From the NCBI RefSeq assembly GCF_009914755.1, contig NC_060946.1: a stretch of 64,000 bases of DNA; one strand, written 5' to 3'. This document shows, one piece after another, positions 41,247 to 56,739 of this stretch. Positions within the stretch are counted from its first letter, which is position 1; the number at the start of each line of letters is the position of its first letter. This DNA is from the human T2T-CHM13v2.0 reference genome, Homo sapiens. The position numbers and the translations under genes are program-made. The notes under the pieces were generated by a model. That model was not told the DNA's origin. It saw only the letters and a list, made by a program, of their open reading frames with translations, and ran no database searches.

Positions 41247-42282
41247 ACCCAGGTTGATCTGAAACTCCTGGGCTCAAGCAATCCTCCTACCTTGGCCTCT
41301 CAGAGTGCTGGGATTCAGGCATGAGCCACTGCGCCCAGTCATGGATTATTTTGAAAGAATGATGCCCTGCCAGGGCCAGAGGATCCAGGTGGGAGTTGGC
41401 GGTGGGGGGGTCCTCAGGGAGATCGGCTGGATGGGAGTTGAGTGCCGGGGACAGAGGGGTGGGGTCTGTTCTCCAGCTCAGGAGACAGGCAGATCTGAGA
41501 GGGCCAGACTTGGGCATGTGGTGGTGACCCAGCTGCTGGGCGCCCCCGAGGTTGGGCCGGTCACCAGGGCCTGCCACTCCCAAGGAGGAAGCAGACAAGA
41601 AACAGACCTTCGAGGGTAGAGAGGCCGCTGTGCTGCCTGTCCGAGCCCCTGCGGACATGCAGTCAGCCCCGCTCAGGACTCCTTCCATTCTCCCACTTGC
41701 ACTCATTCCCAGCGAGATAATTGTTTCTCCTCAGCCATGAGCATGACATTGGAGCTCTGGCAAAGTCAGGTTTTTTTGTTGTCTTTTTTGCCATGTGCCT
41801 CTTACCTGTACTCCTGAAATATTTGTTTCTGTGCTGGAACCATGGCTCCCTGCATTCATTCTGATTTGTTGCATTTTTGCTGCTTGCCCTGTAGCTACTT
41901 TTACCAATACATTTGCTCTGTCTGCAGGCAAAGGAATTCATTCACATTTGTTTAATTTGGAGCTTGTCTTTCCTTTATCAGCCTGCACCAAACCTGGGCT
42001 GCTGGGTATATAAATTCCCTCATCGGTACGTTATCCCATTATCCACTTCATGCTGCCGTTCACAGATCCTACTTGAGTTCTGTTCAGCTATGTCATTTTA
42101 TTCATTTTTTGCAAAGCTAGTAAAATGTGATTGCATTTCCTGAAGTTAAGATTGTCTGCTGGATCCCAGAACACGCCACTGTTTATGTGAATGCAATCAC
42201 ACTTCACCACTTTATATAATCATTTTCAATGCGTGTATGAGAAAAGGTAGTTAGATCCCCCCACCCCTGCTAGATTGTTTCC

Positions 42283-43642
<1,360 letters not shown>

Positions 43643-45050
43643 CTGGTGTGAGATGTGTTTCAGCCCCAGGTCTCAGCCAGTGGTCGCCCAGTGGCACAGT
43701 CAGAGCCGGGCCTGCCTGGTTCCCTGGGCTGACACTCTGAGTCCAAGGTGGCACGGTTGGGCAGCGACCCCTCCCTGAGCCCCCAACCTCTGACCTCCTA
43801 GGCACTGGCCTGAGCCGTGGCTTCTGAAAAGGAAAACCTGGAAATTCCTTCAATGTCCACCTTAGGTGATGATGGGCTCAGGGCACCATGGGGTGTGCCC
43901 AAGATGATGAGCCCCTCCCTGCATGTCAGTAACAGGGACACACATCTCTGATGCGCGGGGAGGGAAGAGTCTGAGTGTGTGAAGCTGTCTGTCCATGCAG
44001 GCCACATGTGGATGGGGGGCAAGGACATGGAATGGAGGAAGACAGGACTCAATGTTTTTGCATCGACCGCTCTTATACAAGAGCGGTCTTTACAAAGTAA
44101 TAATGCCTTGAGTTAACCCCACAGTTTATCTTGTAATGTGGAACAGTCAGGGCCAATTGAAGATGAGCATCCCCCTGAGGCTGACTCATAGCCGGGGCCG
44201 CTGGAGCCAGGCCCTTCGGGGTATTTGAGATTTCTTTAGCCAGGCCTGGGGGGCACTGGCAGGGAGTGCCTCCAGAGCTGTTCACGGCCTTTGTCTCCCC
44301 TCTGGGAAGGGCACTGAGTGGAGTCAGGTGAGGGGCCCGTGCTCGCCCACCAGGGTTGTTCCAAACACAGGCAGCAGGGCTCCCTGGCAAGCTCCCGGGT
44401 GCCCTGTGAGCAGCTCTGACGTCGGTGGACAGTGTTCCCAGTGAGTCTGCCGTCAGTCCTTGTGCCCAGCATTGATTTTCCTTCCGCGGTCAAGCTAGGC
44501 TGTGTTGTTGGTACTCGCTGTACCTCCAGGTGCTGAGCAAGCTGACCTTGGCCTCCCTGGCCCCACGGCTGCATGAGGCTAATCTCCCCCTACACACCCC
44601 ACCCCTCTGCCCCCGCCAACACCAGGGCACAGAGGGGCTGGCCCATGGCTTTCTTGAAACGGTGCATTTCACTTCTGATTATAAAACTAAGGCGTGCTTT
44701 GGTAGACAGCGTGGTGGATATGGGGAAGGATAAAAGGACATCAACCTGTTCTGACATCCCAGCACCCAGGGCAGGGACCCAGAGGGGAGATTTGGGTGTA
44801 TTTCTCTCCGTTGTCTTCTCTGCAGGCATGACACAGGTGTGCACACACTCATCCAGCCCACTGACGTGTGCACAAGCATGAACACATGTGGGACACTTGC
44901 CCTGCGCTGCAGTGTGTGTGAGTCATGTGCACGTCCACTGCACTCTGTGGAAGGCGTGTTCACACCTGTGCACATACCTGAGGCCGCTCTATCACTGCAG
45001 GCCCCTGTGCATTTCCTGGGAGGTATGTTCCCATTTCATTAAGAATTCTC

Positions 45051-45551
<501 letters not shown>

Positions 45552-46184
45552 TCAGCGGGTACAGAGATCCCAGGGAAAGCCGTGAGATGACTCCTGCACT
45601 TGTCCTGCCAGCAACCTGCAGGGGTGGGTGGGATCAAGAGTGACAGAAACCGCAGGCACCAGGCATCCCCCCAAAAGAGCAAGGGGGCTCTGGGTGATGT
45701 CCTGGAGGGGCAGGAGCAAGGAGGGAGGCCAGGGGCACCGAGGGCATCTCATCACATGGGCTCTGTCCCAGCCACAGTGCTGTCTCTCCCAGAGCCCTGT
45801 GTAGCCTCCTGCCCATAGGTGAAGACCCAGCCTCAGCTCCCTGCACGCAGCAGGCCCACCCATCCATCCATCTGTTCACACCAGGAAGCCCAGAGGCAGG
45901 TGGATGGCCTCTGTCCTGGCAGTGCAACGTTGCTGGAAGCATCCTCCAAGAGTCACCCATCCCCACAGACACTGATGGAGGACAGCAATGATGCTTCCTG
46001 ACAGCAACCACCATTCACTGAGCATTCAGCAGGGGTGGGTGTCAGGGTCAGCCTCCACCACGCCACTGTAGGAACAGCCCCAGGACCCGCTGACCCATTT
46101 TATACATCAGGAGGAAAGCCAGGGAGCACGGTACACTCTCCAGCTACCGTGGGGCCAGCACACTGTCCAGCCACCTTGGGCCAG

Positions 46185-46981
46185 TGAAACGGAAAAAGTT
46201 CCCTTGTTGCCCTAGCAGGGTGTGTGAGAAGGGGAGTGGCTCGCTTCTTCAGTGCTCCACTGCCCAAACCTCTAGGGGAGCTTACAGACGGGCAGGCTGT
46301 GGAGCTCCGACCCCACAGCAGTGTCTAGGGGTGAAGGTTTACAGCTGAAGCCCCAGTGGGCGTGTGTCACGGGGGCTTTTTTAGTTTGTCGTCTGTAGGG
46401 TGGCTTGTGTTAGTCAGAGGGCTTTCTGGATCCTGGGGTTCTTGCTTTTGTGTACCAGAAGAGTCAGATCACACGTGGACTTGGAGAATGAGTGCAAGGT
46501 TTTATTGAGGGGAGGTGGCTCCCAGCAGATAGGGGAAGCTAGAAGGGGGTGGAGTGGGAAGGTTTTCCCCTGGAGTGGGGCCGCTGTGCACCCGGGCTGT
46601 CCTCCAACTGCCCCAGCCAAACTCCGCGTGGTTCTGCCAGTCAGTGGCCTGCCAGCATGCCGGTGCCTATCAGTGCGTTCATCTCGACATCCAGCCGCCC
46701 GTGTGTGTCTCCGCTGATGTGCTCCTCTCCACGTCCAGCTGCCTGTGTCTGCCTGCTAAGGTCTCAGGGGATTTTATAAGCACAGGATGGGGGCGTGGCA
46801 GGCCAGGGTGGTCGTGAGAAATGCAACATTTGGGTAGGAAGTGCCTGTTCTCACCTAGGTCCGTGGGGTTGGAGCCCTAGTCTGGGACCATGCCCTCCTC
46901 TACCCAGCACTTCCTTTCCCTGCTTCCGTATCATTTAAATGGACCACACTTTTCCCTTCCCAGCACTTGCCTTCCCTATCA
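46185..46981 (-). mobile_element. ERV1-class solo LTR (LTR27/LTR1/MER52-like; subfamily uncertain)
   Basis: TG...CA termini (minus strand TGATAGGG...CCGTTTCA), with TATAAAA (~46773-46779) and AATAAA (~46502-46507) on the minus strand; CCAG/ACAG flanks. Confidence 0.6.
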
Positions 46982-49900
46982 ACAGCACATTCTCTAGCCA
47001 CCATGGGGTCAGCACACTCTCCAGCTACGTGGGGCCAGCAGCGGCTGGGCTCCAACTCAGGTCTGCACCAGACCCTCATTCTTAAACCCCTGCGTCTCGG
47101 CCTGCCCATGTTCCAGCTTCCCCAAGTCTTGACTCCCAATGTCCCAGCCTCCTTGAGGTCTCAGTCTCCCTGTTCCAGGCCTCAGCCTCCCCTGAGTCCC
47201 TGCCTAGCCCAGTTCCTACCTCCCACTTCCCCTCCCCAGGTCTCTGCTACCATGGCCCACCCAGCTGCACCCCCACCCCACACTTCTCCTGGGACCCAGG
47301 AGGCCACTCATGGGCTAAGCCTGGTGGCATCTTCGTGTAAACCTTGCCCTGAGCACACGCCCGTGGCTGTGGCTGCTGACTTTCACTGTGCATATTAAAT
47401 GCCATTAAGATGGATGCGATTGGTTTTCAGTGTCCAGAGGACTGCAGCACACGGAGGAACAGCCGCCCTGCAGGGCCTCTCCCCGAGCTCTGGCGGGTGA
47501 GCCCTTGTGGGAGGGGCTGGGGAGCTGGGACCCATTTAGGGTGTGGTTGGGGGAGAAGGCAGGAGGCAGGTGGGACCTCCCCCGGAACCTCTCTTGAGAC
47601 ACCCTAAGGGCTGGGAATGGGAGCTACTTGGTGGGGGAACCCAGCAGGGGTTTCCTGTCCCCGGGCTCTGGCCATGACGAGGACCCTCCTGCTGTTGCCT
47701 CTCCCAAGGCCACTCGGCCCCTGCTCACTGTGCAACCTTACAGAGCAGCTCAGCCTCTCTGAGCCCCTCTGTCATCTTTAGCCACTGCCCACCAGAGTCC
47801 CCTTGGAGCTGCTGGCCAAGGCAAGGCTGGGCAGGGGCTTGACATAGGCTCTCACGCCTTCAGATGCCCTCAAATGGGATTCAACCCCGTCTTGGCTCCT
47901 GAGACCTCCCAGCCTGGGGTCTGAGGGTCTGTCCAGATCTGCAGGTAGATGGCTGGGCCTGCAGGGACAGAGGCGGCCGGCGGAGGGCAGCAGAGGGCCG
48001 CAGAACTGAGCGGCCGGCACTCACCAGGCCGGGATGTGGCCAGCCTGCATGCAAGCAGCCCTGCCTCTGCCCTGGGCCTTGTCCCACCCCCCAGGACACC
48101 CAGGCCCTGGCTTGGCTGCGGCAGGGAGGCCAGGCCTCACCCCTCTCCCTCCTGACACCTGCCCAGCCACTGGCTTGGGCCGCCGCCCTCCAGGCCTCTC
48201 CTGCCACCCACCCCAGCACCAGGCCCCCTGATGCCCCTGCTTCCCTCCCAAGGGTCCCTCCTAGACACCATCCTGGCCCAGCCAAGATGCCAGCACAGGA
48301 TCTCCCCAAAACACTCTGGGCCCTGGAGGACAGGGTGAGGCTCCGGCACCTTCCAGGTGGCACTCATGATGGACAATCTCAGGGGCCACACACCCTGGAC
48401 CCACCTCCCCCAATGCAGAGACCCCCACGGCAGGCTCTCAGCCGTGAATATGGACACACAAGGCTCCCGGGACATGGGCAAAGGGTTGACACTGGCTCAT
48501 AGTGTGGGCACCATGTCACAGGGCGAGACGGAGACTCAGCCCCCAGGGTAGCGGCCAGTGCTGACCTTGGGCTAGGCCAGGGCCTGGCCATGCTGAACCA
48601 GGTCTGAGCATCCTCAGGGGCCAGCCTTTCCCTGTGGGGTCCCCACAAAGGTGGCCATGGGCTGTCCTCTGATGACAGGAAGCCCCCCTTCCCGTCAGCC
48701 CCGTCTGTCAGCTCCCTCTGCCCTGGGGTGAGGCCTCTATGGTGAGGCCCATGGTCCTGGCTCCAACCTCGCACTCCTCGGGACCCACTCCCATGCCCGG
48801 CTCCCTGCCAGACCCACACACCCAACCCAGCTAACACCAGCCCCACCCTGTCCTGCCCCACGGGGGCAGTGCCCTCCACTCTCCTTCACTGGTCCCCTCT
48901 CCGTCCTCCTCTCACCCACTCTTAAGAAACCTCCCACACATGAGCACCCGTCCGTCCCCACACCTGCTCACCAGGCCTGGCTGGGCCTGACCCTCTCCTG
49001 AAGTGAGGGCTGCAGCCTGGTCGGCTCAGCTCATCAGCACAGACTTGTTTCTGTCACAACAGCTGATGAGGACTGAGCAGATCATGGGCTAGCCAGGTCT
49101 CCATGGCCTGCCCCAGGCACCGTGATGTTCCAGGATGGTAAAATGAGGGAGGAGGTCCAGGTGGCTGACAGCTGGCTGAGGCAGAATGCGCTGATTGGCG
49201 CTGCCCAGAGGGGAGGTGGACCCCTGGGCTAAGGGAGCTCCAAGGAACAGAGCTGAACCCACCACTAACAAAAGATGGGCCAGAGCCAGCACCGTATGCC
49301 ACAGCACGCAGAACAAAGGCCTCGTGCCCTGTGCCCAGCTGGCCGTGTGTCCCCTCCAGGCCCGTCACTGGGCTTCCTGACCGCCTCATCTCCACTGTCT
49401 CTGGTAGCCACCCTCATTGTACCCTTCTCCATGGTGCCCTCTGAATGAGGCCACCATGTCCGAGGGGACATGGATGACTCCAGCTGGCATGGCCTTGCCC
49501 ATCCCTTGGGGCTGCAGCACAGTGGCCACCCTCTCCTCACTGCTGGGAATGTTCTGGAGCTGAGTTGGTGCAGGGAGGGTGAAGAGGCCCCGAGCCCTCC
49601 ACACACCCACCTCTGGCAGCAGTTAGCAGCAGCTGGGGAGAGAAGGGTGTGAGCTCTTGCAGACATGGCACCCCAGGGTATCCTGTGCCAGGGGACACTT
49701 TGGCCATGAAGGAACTGTCGGGGCATGGCAAGCTCTGGGGGGCATCGAGGGTGCACTGACAGCACTTGTAGGGGAGCGGGGTCCCAGTCTCAGCACTGTC
49801 CAGTCAGACAGGCCTGGCCTGAGTTCCAACTGCCTCTCCCAGCTGTTTGACCCCAAACATCATGGTTTTCTGGCCTCTGGAACGGTGCTGGAGAGGGATG

Positions 49901-52900
49901 AAAGCATCACCGGGGGTGCAGGAGGAACCACAAAGTCCTGTGGAAGTTCATGGCAGCTGTGAGCCTTTCATTCTGAGTATCTGAGACCCCAGGAGGGGCT
50001 GGGCGCTCGTCTGGGCTGATGTCTCACAGTGAGGGGCGGCGGCCCCAGCCAGGATGCACCATTCATTGCCATTGATGAGGTCTGGGAAGAGAGGTGGTTT
50101 GGGGGACATCATACGGGGTCCCTGGGCCGGAGGGTCCCATCTTTGGAACAGAGGGGCCGGGGGCCATTCCAGAACAGTGTCCAGGAGAGAATGGGCTCTA
50201 AGCCGACCACCCAGCCCCCTCCTGCCATGTGGGGCTCTATGCTGAGTGCATGGCCCCCCAGCCCCCCGCCTGTTTGATGGCTTCTCCCCTCCCCTCTCTG
50301 CTGCCTGGTCCCCTGGAGCTCTCCCTTCCCCAGCATGGGGCTCAGTTAAAGAAAAAACTGATTCCTGCAGATGAGGGGAGGAACAGCCCTGCTGGAGGCA
50401 AGGTGGGCGTGGGGGGAGCTTGTCTCCCCTGATGCGCAGGCAGTGGCTGGCGGAGCGTCTTCGGGGGTGGGGGATGAAAGCTCAGACTCTGGCCTGTGGG
50501 TTCCAGCTCTAGGCTTCCCAACCACCAGGCTCCCCAAAAGGTCTGTAGTGTCCTGGGCACCCAGGCCCCGATCTCGGGGGCAGGGGGCACAGTGCCTCCC
50601 ACAAGCGGCTCTCGGCCCAGCCTCAGGGCTCCTCACGCACACCCAGGGCCTCTGGAGTGGGCAACTCCTGCACCCTCCACTTCCCTCAGCTCAAAACCAG
50701 GGCAGGTTCGAAACGCGCGTGCAGCTCATCATAAACACGGGTTTGGAATTTCTAACGCGGTGCCTCCAATTTCACAAAATATTGCCCCACTTTAGACATT
50801 CTCAAGGAAAGGAAATGGGGGCTGGGAGGGCCCAGGGCCTGTGGAGGGTGGGGCTGGGGGAAGCAGCCATGGGACCCTTTCCCTGCTGCTTTCAATCTGG
50901 CTCAGATATTTTTTAGATGAAATAAAATCTGATTCAGTGGTGGTTTCTGCACTGCCCCCAGGGTCTGGGGTCAGAATTCCCCCGCTGGGGCACAATAGGT
51001 GCCATTTCCCATGTTTGGGGGCTCAGGGAACAGGGTGTAAGCCATGAGGGGAGGGGCTTGGGAAGGTGGGGATGGGCTGCTGGAGGCCGTGGGCCGGCGT
51101 CTTGGTGTGGCAGCCTCCACCACGGCAGGCAGGTCATTTGATGCCCAAGGCCCAGGGCCCCCTGTCCAAGGTGAGGAGCTGTGGCTGGGTCTCTGGGGAG
51201 GCCAGGCTGCCTGCAGTGGACCGGCTATACCCTGGAGCCCCGCGCTAATGCCCATCCTCAGATGCTCCCAGCTCCGGCTTGCCTCAGGGCCTTGGCACTG
51301 GTGACCCCTCCCGGTCTCCTGCACTGTCTTCAGAGCCTATGGCAGCAGCCCCACCTGAGTTCCAGCTCTGCAGTCTGCTTTGGGCCACATTTCCTCACTG
51401 CAGGCCCAGCTGGCTCTCAGCATGGTATCTGCCCGGGTGCCCACATCACAGAGACTGGGGTATGGAGGATGGCAGGCTCCCAGGGACCCTCTGGGCCGAT
51501 CTCCAGGTTGGGTGCATGCTGGACACTCACTCCATTCTGCCCTCCATTTGCCCATGCTCCGTCCACCCAGCCGGGCCCGGAGGGTCAGGGGTGTGTGGGC
51601 AGGTGCTGCTCAGAGGCCCTGGCTATGGGGCAGGGGGCCCAGCCTCAAGACTGCGGCCTGGCCCTGAGCGTGGGCGCAGCCTGGCTCCCCGACTCTCCCT
51701 CCCCATAAATAAAAGATTCCCTTCCTCCTTCCAGCTTGCGCAGCCGCCGCCTGCTCGCCGGCCCGGCCCTTTGTGCCCACGCGTTGCCATGGAGATGGGC
51801 GATTCAAAGTCCTGGCACTTCAAGGCTTCCCTCCTCTCCTGGTGGGCCGGGGCGGGGGTAGCCGGGATGGTTGCCCGAGCCCCAGTGGGTGCCGCCTCCT
51901 CTCTCTGTCCAGTAAAATGCCAGATCCTGCCGGGGCTAGGGCACCCACCAATTCTCACTCTGGTGTGGGTGGCTGACTCTGGCCCCTACCCTGAAAACAG
52001 ATGCGCTTTTACAGGGACCTTCTTCAAAGTTTGATAGAATAAGGGAAACTGAGGCACAGCTGGTCCCTTGGCCACCGTGGGGAACACAGAGCCGACCCCC
52101 TGTATCATGCACCATTTGCACAGTGGGCTGCTTTCAGCTGTGTGCTGGCCAGGGTCATCAGGCTCCAGGACGTGGCCCTGCGGAGAGGCTGCCCTTCCTC
52201 CATCCCAGCATGGACGGCCCAGGGCTGGAAGCCGGGATTTGGGGTGAGCTGCACGGGGATGACTAATCCAGCCACAAAGCCGTCCCCTCCACACTCTGCC
52301 CGCCATGCGGGTTGGAGCTATCTCTGAGTCACCGTGGAGACGTTGAGAATGTCGCAGGGTCTTTGAGGCTCTTCCGCTCCCCCCAATCCTGTTCCCCACT
52401 CATACTTTTTATCTCCCCACAATCTGCCCTTTGATCATCTCCTAAGACTCATGCAACCAGCAGAATTGACGGCAGCACTTTCTGGTTCAGCCACTGCCTC
52501 CCACCTACCCCACTGCGGCAGCCACTTGGTATTTGTTGCCTGCTCACTGTGGCAGCCAGGCAAGTCTGGGACCCCTTAGAGCCTCGGTTTCCTCTCCTGT
52601 GTAATGGAAGCAGTCGTCCACTCTTAACAAATGTCCAGAGATGTCTGGGGGCCAGGTCTCTGTGCTGGGCCTGGGAACAAGACACCTGATTTTGGGGGAG
52701 ATTCTGTCCCCCTTGCTCCACCCCATGAACTCTGGTGAGGGTGACCACCACACACCACAGTTACTTCCGGGCCCCAAGTGGCTGGCCCATCAGGGACTTC
52801 CCGGGAGTCACAGGTTGGAGGGAAGGAAGCCAGGGAGAGGTGGCAGAGCCGGCTGCACCCCAAGGCTGTCTCCAAGGGGCCCACCCTTGGCCTCCATCCA

Positions 52901-54344
52901 CCCCTCCCTGGCCCGGACCCCTGTCCTGCCTCAGCAGCCCAGCCCACGGCAGCTGTCCCCTCACAGGCTACAAAGATGGTGGCCCTGGTCCTGGCCGTGG
53001 AGCAGGCAAGGCACGTGGAACATAAAGAAATATGGTTGTGAAGTGGCCAGGCCATGGAGGAAGCTCGGGGGACCTCGATGTCTACATTAAGACCTCCCAG
53101 GAGTGGGTTGTCCCTTCTGGAAGGGTGCTGGGGACAGCCGTGTGGCCCTTTTCAGTGGAAGGATCCCACATCCTCAGGCAGTGCCATCACATCCCCTGAG
53201 AAGCCCTGAAACCCAGGCATGAGGATGCAGCTGGCCCGGTCCCGGCAGGGAAGGGAGTGCAGCAGCTGGGCTCCGGCTCGCCTACCCACTGATTGCCAGT
53301 GTCCTGGGTGAGAAAGCAGGAGGCTTTTGTGCACACATGGGCCTCGGGACTGGGTCAGGGCTCAGGCTCCCCAGACGGGAGAAAGTGCATGCAGGGCCAC
53401 CGGCTCCCCAGCTGAGGCTGAGGGAGGTGTCCTTGCCTTCCGTGCTCGGAGCCCTGTCTCAGGTGCTTGGCGCTCTTCTCTGCATCTTGGGTTTCCAGCA
53501 GGCCTGCCCCGCCCCAGGACTTGTGGGGAGGCTGGGACTGACCGCGATCCCCCAGGAACAAGGCAGATGATTGATAGAACTGGGCCCCGCCTGCTCTCTC
53601 AGCCCCCAGAGCCCCCAGAGGTGAGCTCCAGATGTCACCAGGGCTAATTTGGGAGCCCCTGCCCCATAGAGGAAACCCCCTGCACCAGGCAGAGCCCCGC
53701 TTGGCCCCTGCTTCAGCCGAGGGCTGCGGCCCATGCTGCCACCTCCCCTGCCCTGCAGCGGAGCTAGATGATGGCTGTTCTGTCAAGGGGGCCCTCGGCC
53801 TAGAGCATCAGTGCCACTCGGCCAGGACTAGTTCAGGTGGTAGTTTGGGGCTTTGACCCTGGCCTGTCTGATCTGCAGGCCGAGCATCCCCCACCACACT
53901 GTTTTCTACAGGATGGAATGGAAAGGAAGCCAGAGACCGGGAGACCCAGCCACAGCCATGCAGGAGAGGGCTGGTCAGGGCTGAGGCTGCTGCCCCTGAC
54001 CTGAGAGCAACGGCACCATGCCCCTCCATCTGCCATCTGCACACAGGGTCGCCTCCAGCCCACAGGGCAAGGGGGCCAGGGCTGGGTCCTGAGTGCAGGG
54101 GTGTCCTTGGCAGGGTAAGAGTCAGCCTAACTCAGACTCCACTGCCACACTTTGCAGTGAGACTGACAGGTGGAATAAACCCACCAGGCCCCTCAGCACC
54201 AGTAAGAGCTCTTCAGAGTGGCCCAGGCCTGGCCATGTCCCTGAGAGAGGGGTGCTGCTGGCGCGCCCTGAGCAGGGGGTGGGCTGGGCCCTACTGCTTG
54301 GTTCTATCTCAGATTTTTGCTAATAAGCCCGTCTTTTTTCTTTT

Positions 54345-54600
54345 TTTTTTTTAATAAACTTTTCAACTTTAGAACAGTTTTATCTTTGCTGAAAAATTGA
54401 GAAGACAGTACAGAGAGATCGCATCTACCACACACCAGTTTCACCGTTGTGAGCATCTGGCATTGGTAGGTTAGAGTTGCTGAGCCAATAGCGGCACACT
54501 ATTATCAGCCATCGTCCATGCAGTGTTCACATTTCCTTCGTCCTTACCGATGTCCTTTTCTCCATACCAGGATCTGACTTTGGTCATTGAAATTGCCAAA
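54345..54600 (-). mobile_element. L1MC-like 3' fragment
   Basis: Poly-T then tttagaacagtttta...aaaattgagaagacagtacagagag, typical of antisense L1M 3' ends. Confidence 0.55.
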
Positions 54601-55004
54601 AACAAGGGGACACAGGAGTGTGTTTGGCCAGGTGGGCCACCTGCTGCTGCTGCCTCCAAATGTTCATCCCAGCCCCCCACGCACTCGGGGGATTTTCAAA
54701 GGGTCTCACGTGTTGGGTGCCAGAGACACCCTCCTGGGCCTTGGATTCCTCCTCTGTGATGAAGGCCGGGGCTGCTGGCTCCTCCACACCACACTCGGCC
54801 CCCAGCAGACAGGCAACAGGGGCCTTGTCCCACTGTAGCTGTGGTCAGGTGGTCCAGGGCTAGACGGTCCTATGGGGAGCTGAGGCCCCCACCTCGAGAT
54901 CTCCCTGCCCAAGACACCAGTGGGGTTGGGGTGGGTCAAAGGCCTGTTCCTCCAGGGCCCATAGCAGGGGCTTCTTAATCTGAGGGTGAGAGGGTTTGGG
55001 AGGT

Positions 55005-55250
55005 GACACCCCAACTCCCACCCCAATTCTCACCCTCCACTTCTCACCCCACAAGCTATCACCATGACTGCCCACCTCCACTTCTCACCCCCACCTCTCA
55101 CCCCTACCTCTCACCTGCCGCTCTCACCTACCACTTCTCACCCCCAATTCACACCCCTACCTCTCACCTGCCGCTCTCACCTACCACATCTCACCCCCAA
55201 TTCACACCCCTACCTCTCACTCACACCTCTCACCCACACCTCTCACCTTC
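55005..55250 (+). repeat. C-rich CTCTCACC-type minisatellite with a 53-bp higher-order unit
   Basis: CACCCCTACCTCTCAC recurs at 55099, 55152 and 55205. Confidence 0.85.
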
Positions 55251-56137
55251 CAGCTCACTCCCTCTATTTCTCCCCTCTCAACCTCTTCCTTCTCTGAGCT
55301 CAGCCTCCACTGAAAAGGTGGCCTTTTCCCCAGATAGCTGGGCAGGGGCTGGACCGGACAGATTGCTGGCAGGGGAGGCACACTTGCTCTTCTTTGGTGA
55401 GAGTGGCCCTTGCCTCCTATGATCCTGGAGCTCAGGCCTGTCCAGCGCCCCTCCTGGAGGCAGCAGGGTGGGTGTGTTCCTGCAGACATGGACAGCCCAC
55501 CTTGGCACTCAGGGCCCAGCAATCCAGCCCCTCCTCCAGGCAGCCATCCTGGATCACTCCTCGCTGCTTTAGCTGACTGGCATCTCAGCACCTCCCCAGG
55601 GAATGTCCCCAGGCCCTGCAAACTCAGTCCTGTCAGCCCCCAGCCCGCTCTGGGACCCCTCAGGAATGCTCCTTTCCTCGAGTCTTCTTCCTCCCACGGC
55701 CTCCATTCCCGTGGATTCTCCCTGCTAGGAAGTAGATCTCATCCCGTTTCACCATCAGGGAAACTGAGGCTGGGAAGGTAAAGGTACTGCCCAGAGCCAT
55801 GCCTGTGGGAGGGCTGGGACTTGCTGGTGGCCTGTGAAGGTTGGGCAGGGGTGGATGGCTGGAGTCCCCAGGACCACCAGGACCACACCTGGCAGTGGAG
55901 GCCTAGGGTGAGGGACTGGGGCTGAGCAGGGCCTCTGTGCTGCCACTGTTGAATGTGACACGGCTCCTGAGAAGCAAGACCAGAGACAAGTTAAGCAGGC
56001 CTCTGCTAATGGGGCGCTAACAAAGACAAGAAGGGTGAGCAGGCATCAGGAGCGCTTGGGGACTCGCGGTGGGACAGCCATGAGAACTCAGCCCACAGCC
56101 ATGTCAGTGGTGGCAAGGAGAGGACGGATGTCAGCTG

Positions 56138-56475
56138 TTTTTTATTTTATTTTATTTTATTTTTTATTATTTTATTTTATTTTGTTTTATTATTTTTTCT
56201 AGAGGGTCTTGCTCTGTTGCCCAGGCTGAAGTACAGTGGCATGATCAGGGCTCACTAGAACTCCTGGCTAACATGATCCTCCTGCCTCAGCTCCCAAGTA
56301 GCGGAGACTACAGGCGTGCACCATAACAGCCAGATAATTTTATTTTTTTAATTTTTGTAGAGACTGGGACTCACTATGTTCCCCAGGCTAGTCCCGAACT
56401 TCTAGCCTCAAGGGATTCTCCCTGCTCTGCCTTCCAAAATGCTGGGATCACAGGTGTGAGTCACTACAGTTAGCC
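56138..56475 (-). mobile_element. AluJ with (TTTTA)n tail
   Basis: TTTTA array then agggtcttgctctgttgcccaggctg...gctgggatcacaggtgtgag. Confidence 0.88.
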
Positions 56476-56739
56476 TGTTTTATTTTAAAATATATATATT
56501 TCCTGTTTTGAATGGGTATCCTCTCCTTCCACCCCATCCCCAGCGACCTGACACCCCCAGCTGTACCTGCAGGCGGTCCCCCTCCTCACCCCGACTAGAC
56601 ATATCTGTGAGTGCCTCACCCCGGCCCCACCAGACCTGCAGGCCTCTCCCTGCCCTCCAACAGCCAGACCTGTGGGAGCCCCTAAGCAGCCCCCCTAGGG
56701 AACCCCCAGCCTGATGCGGCTGCCATCCCTGTGGGTGAG

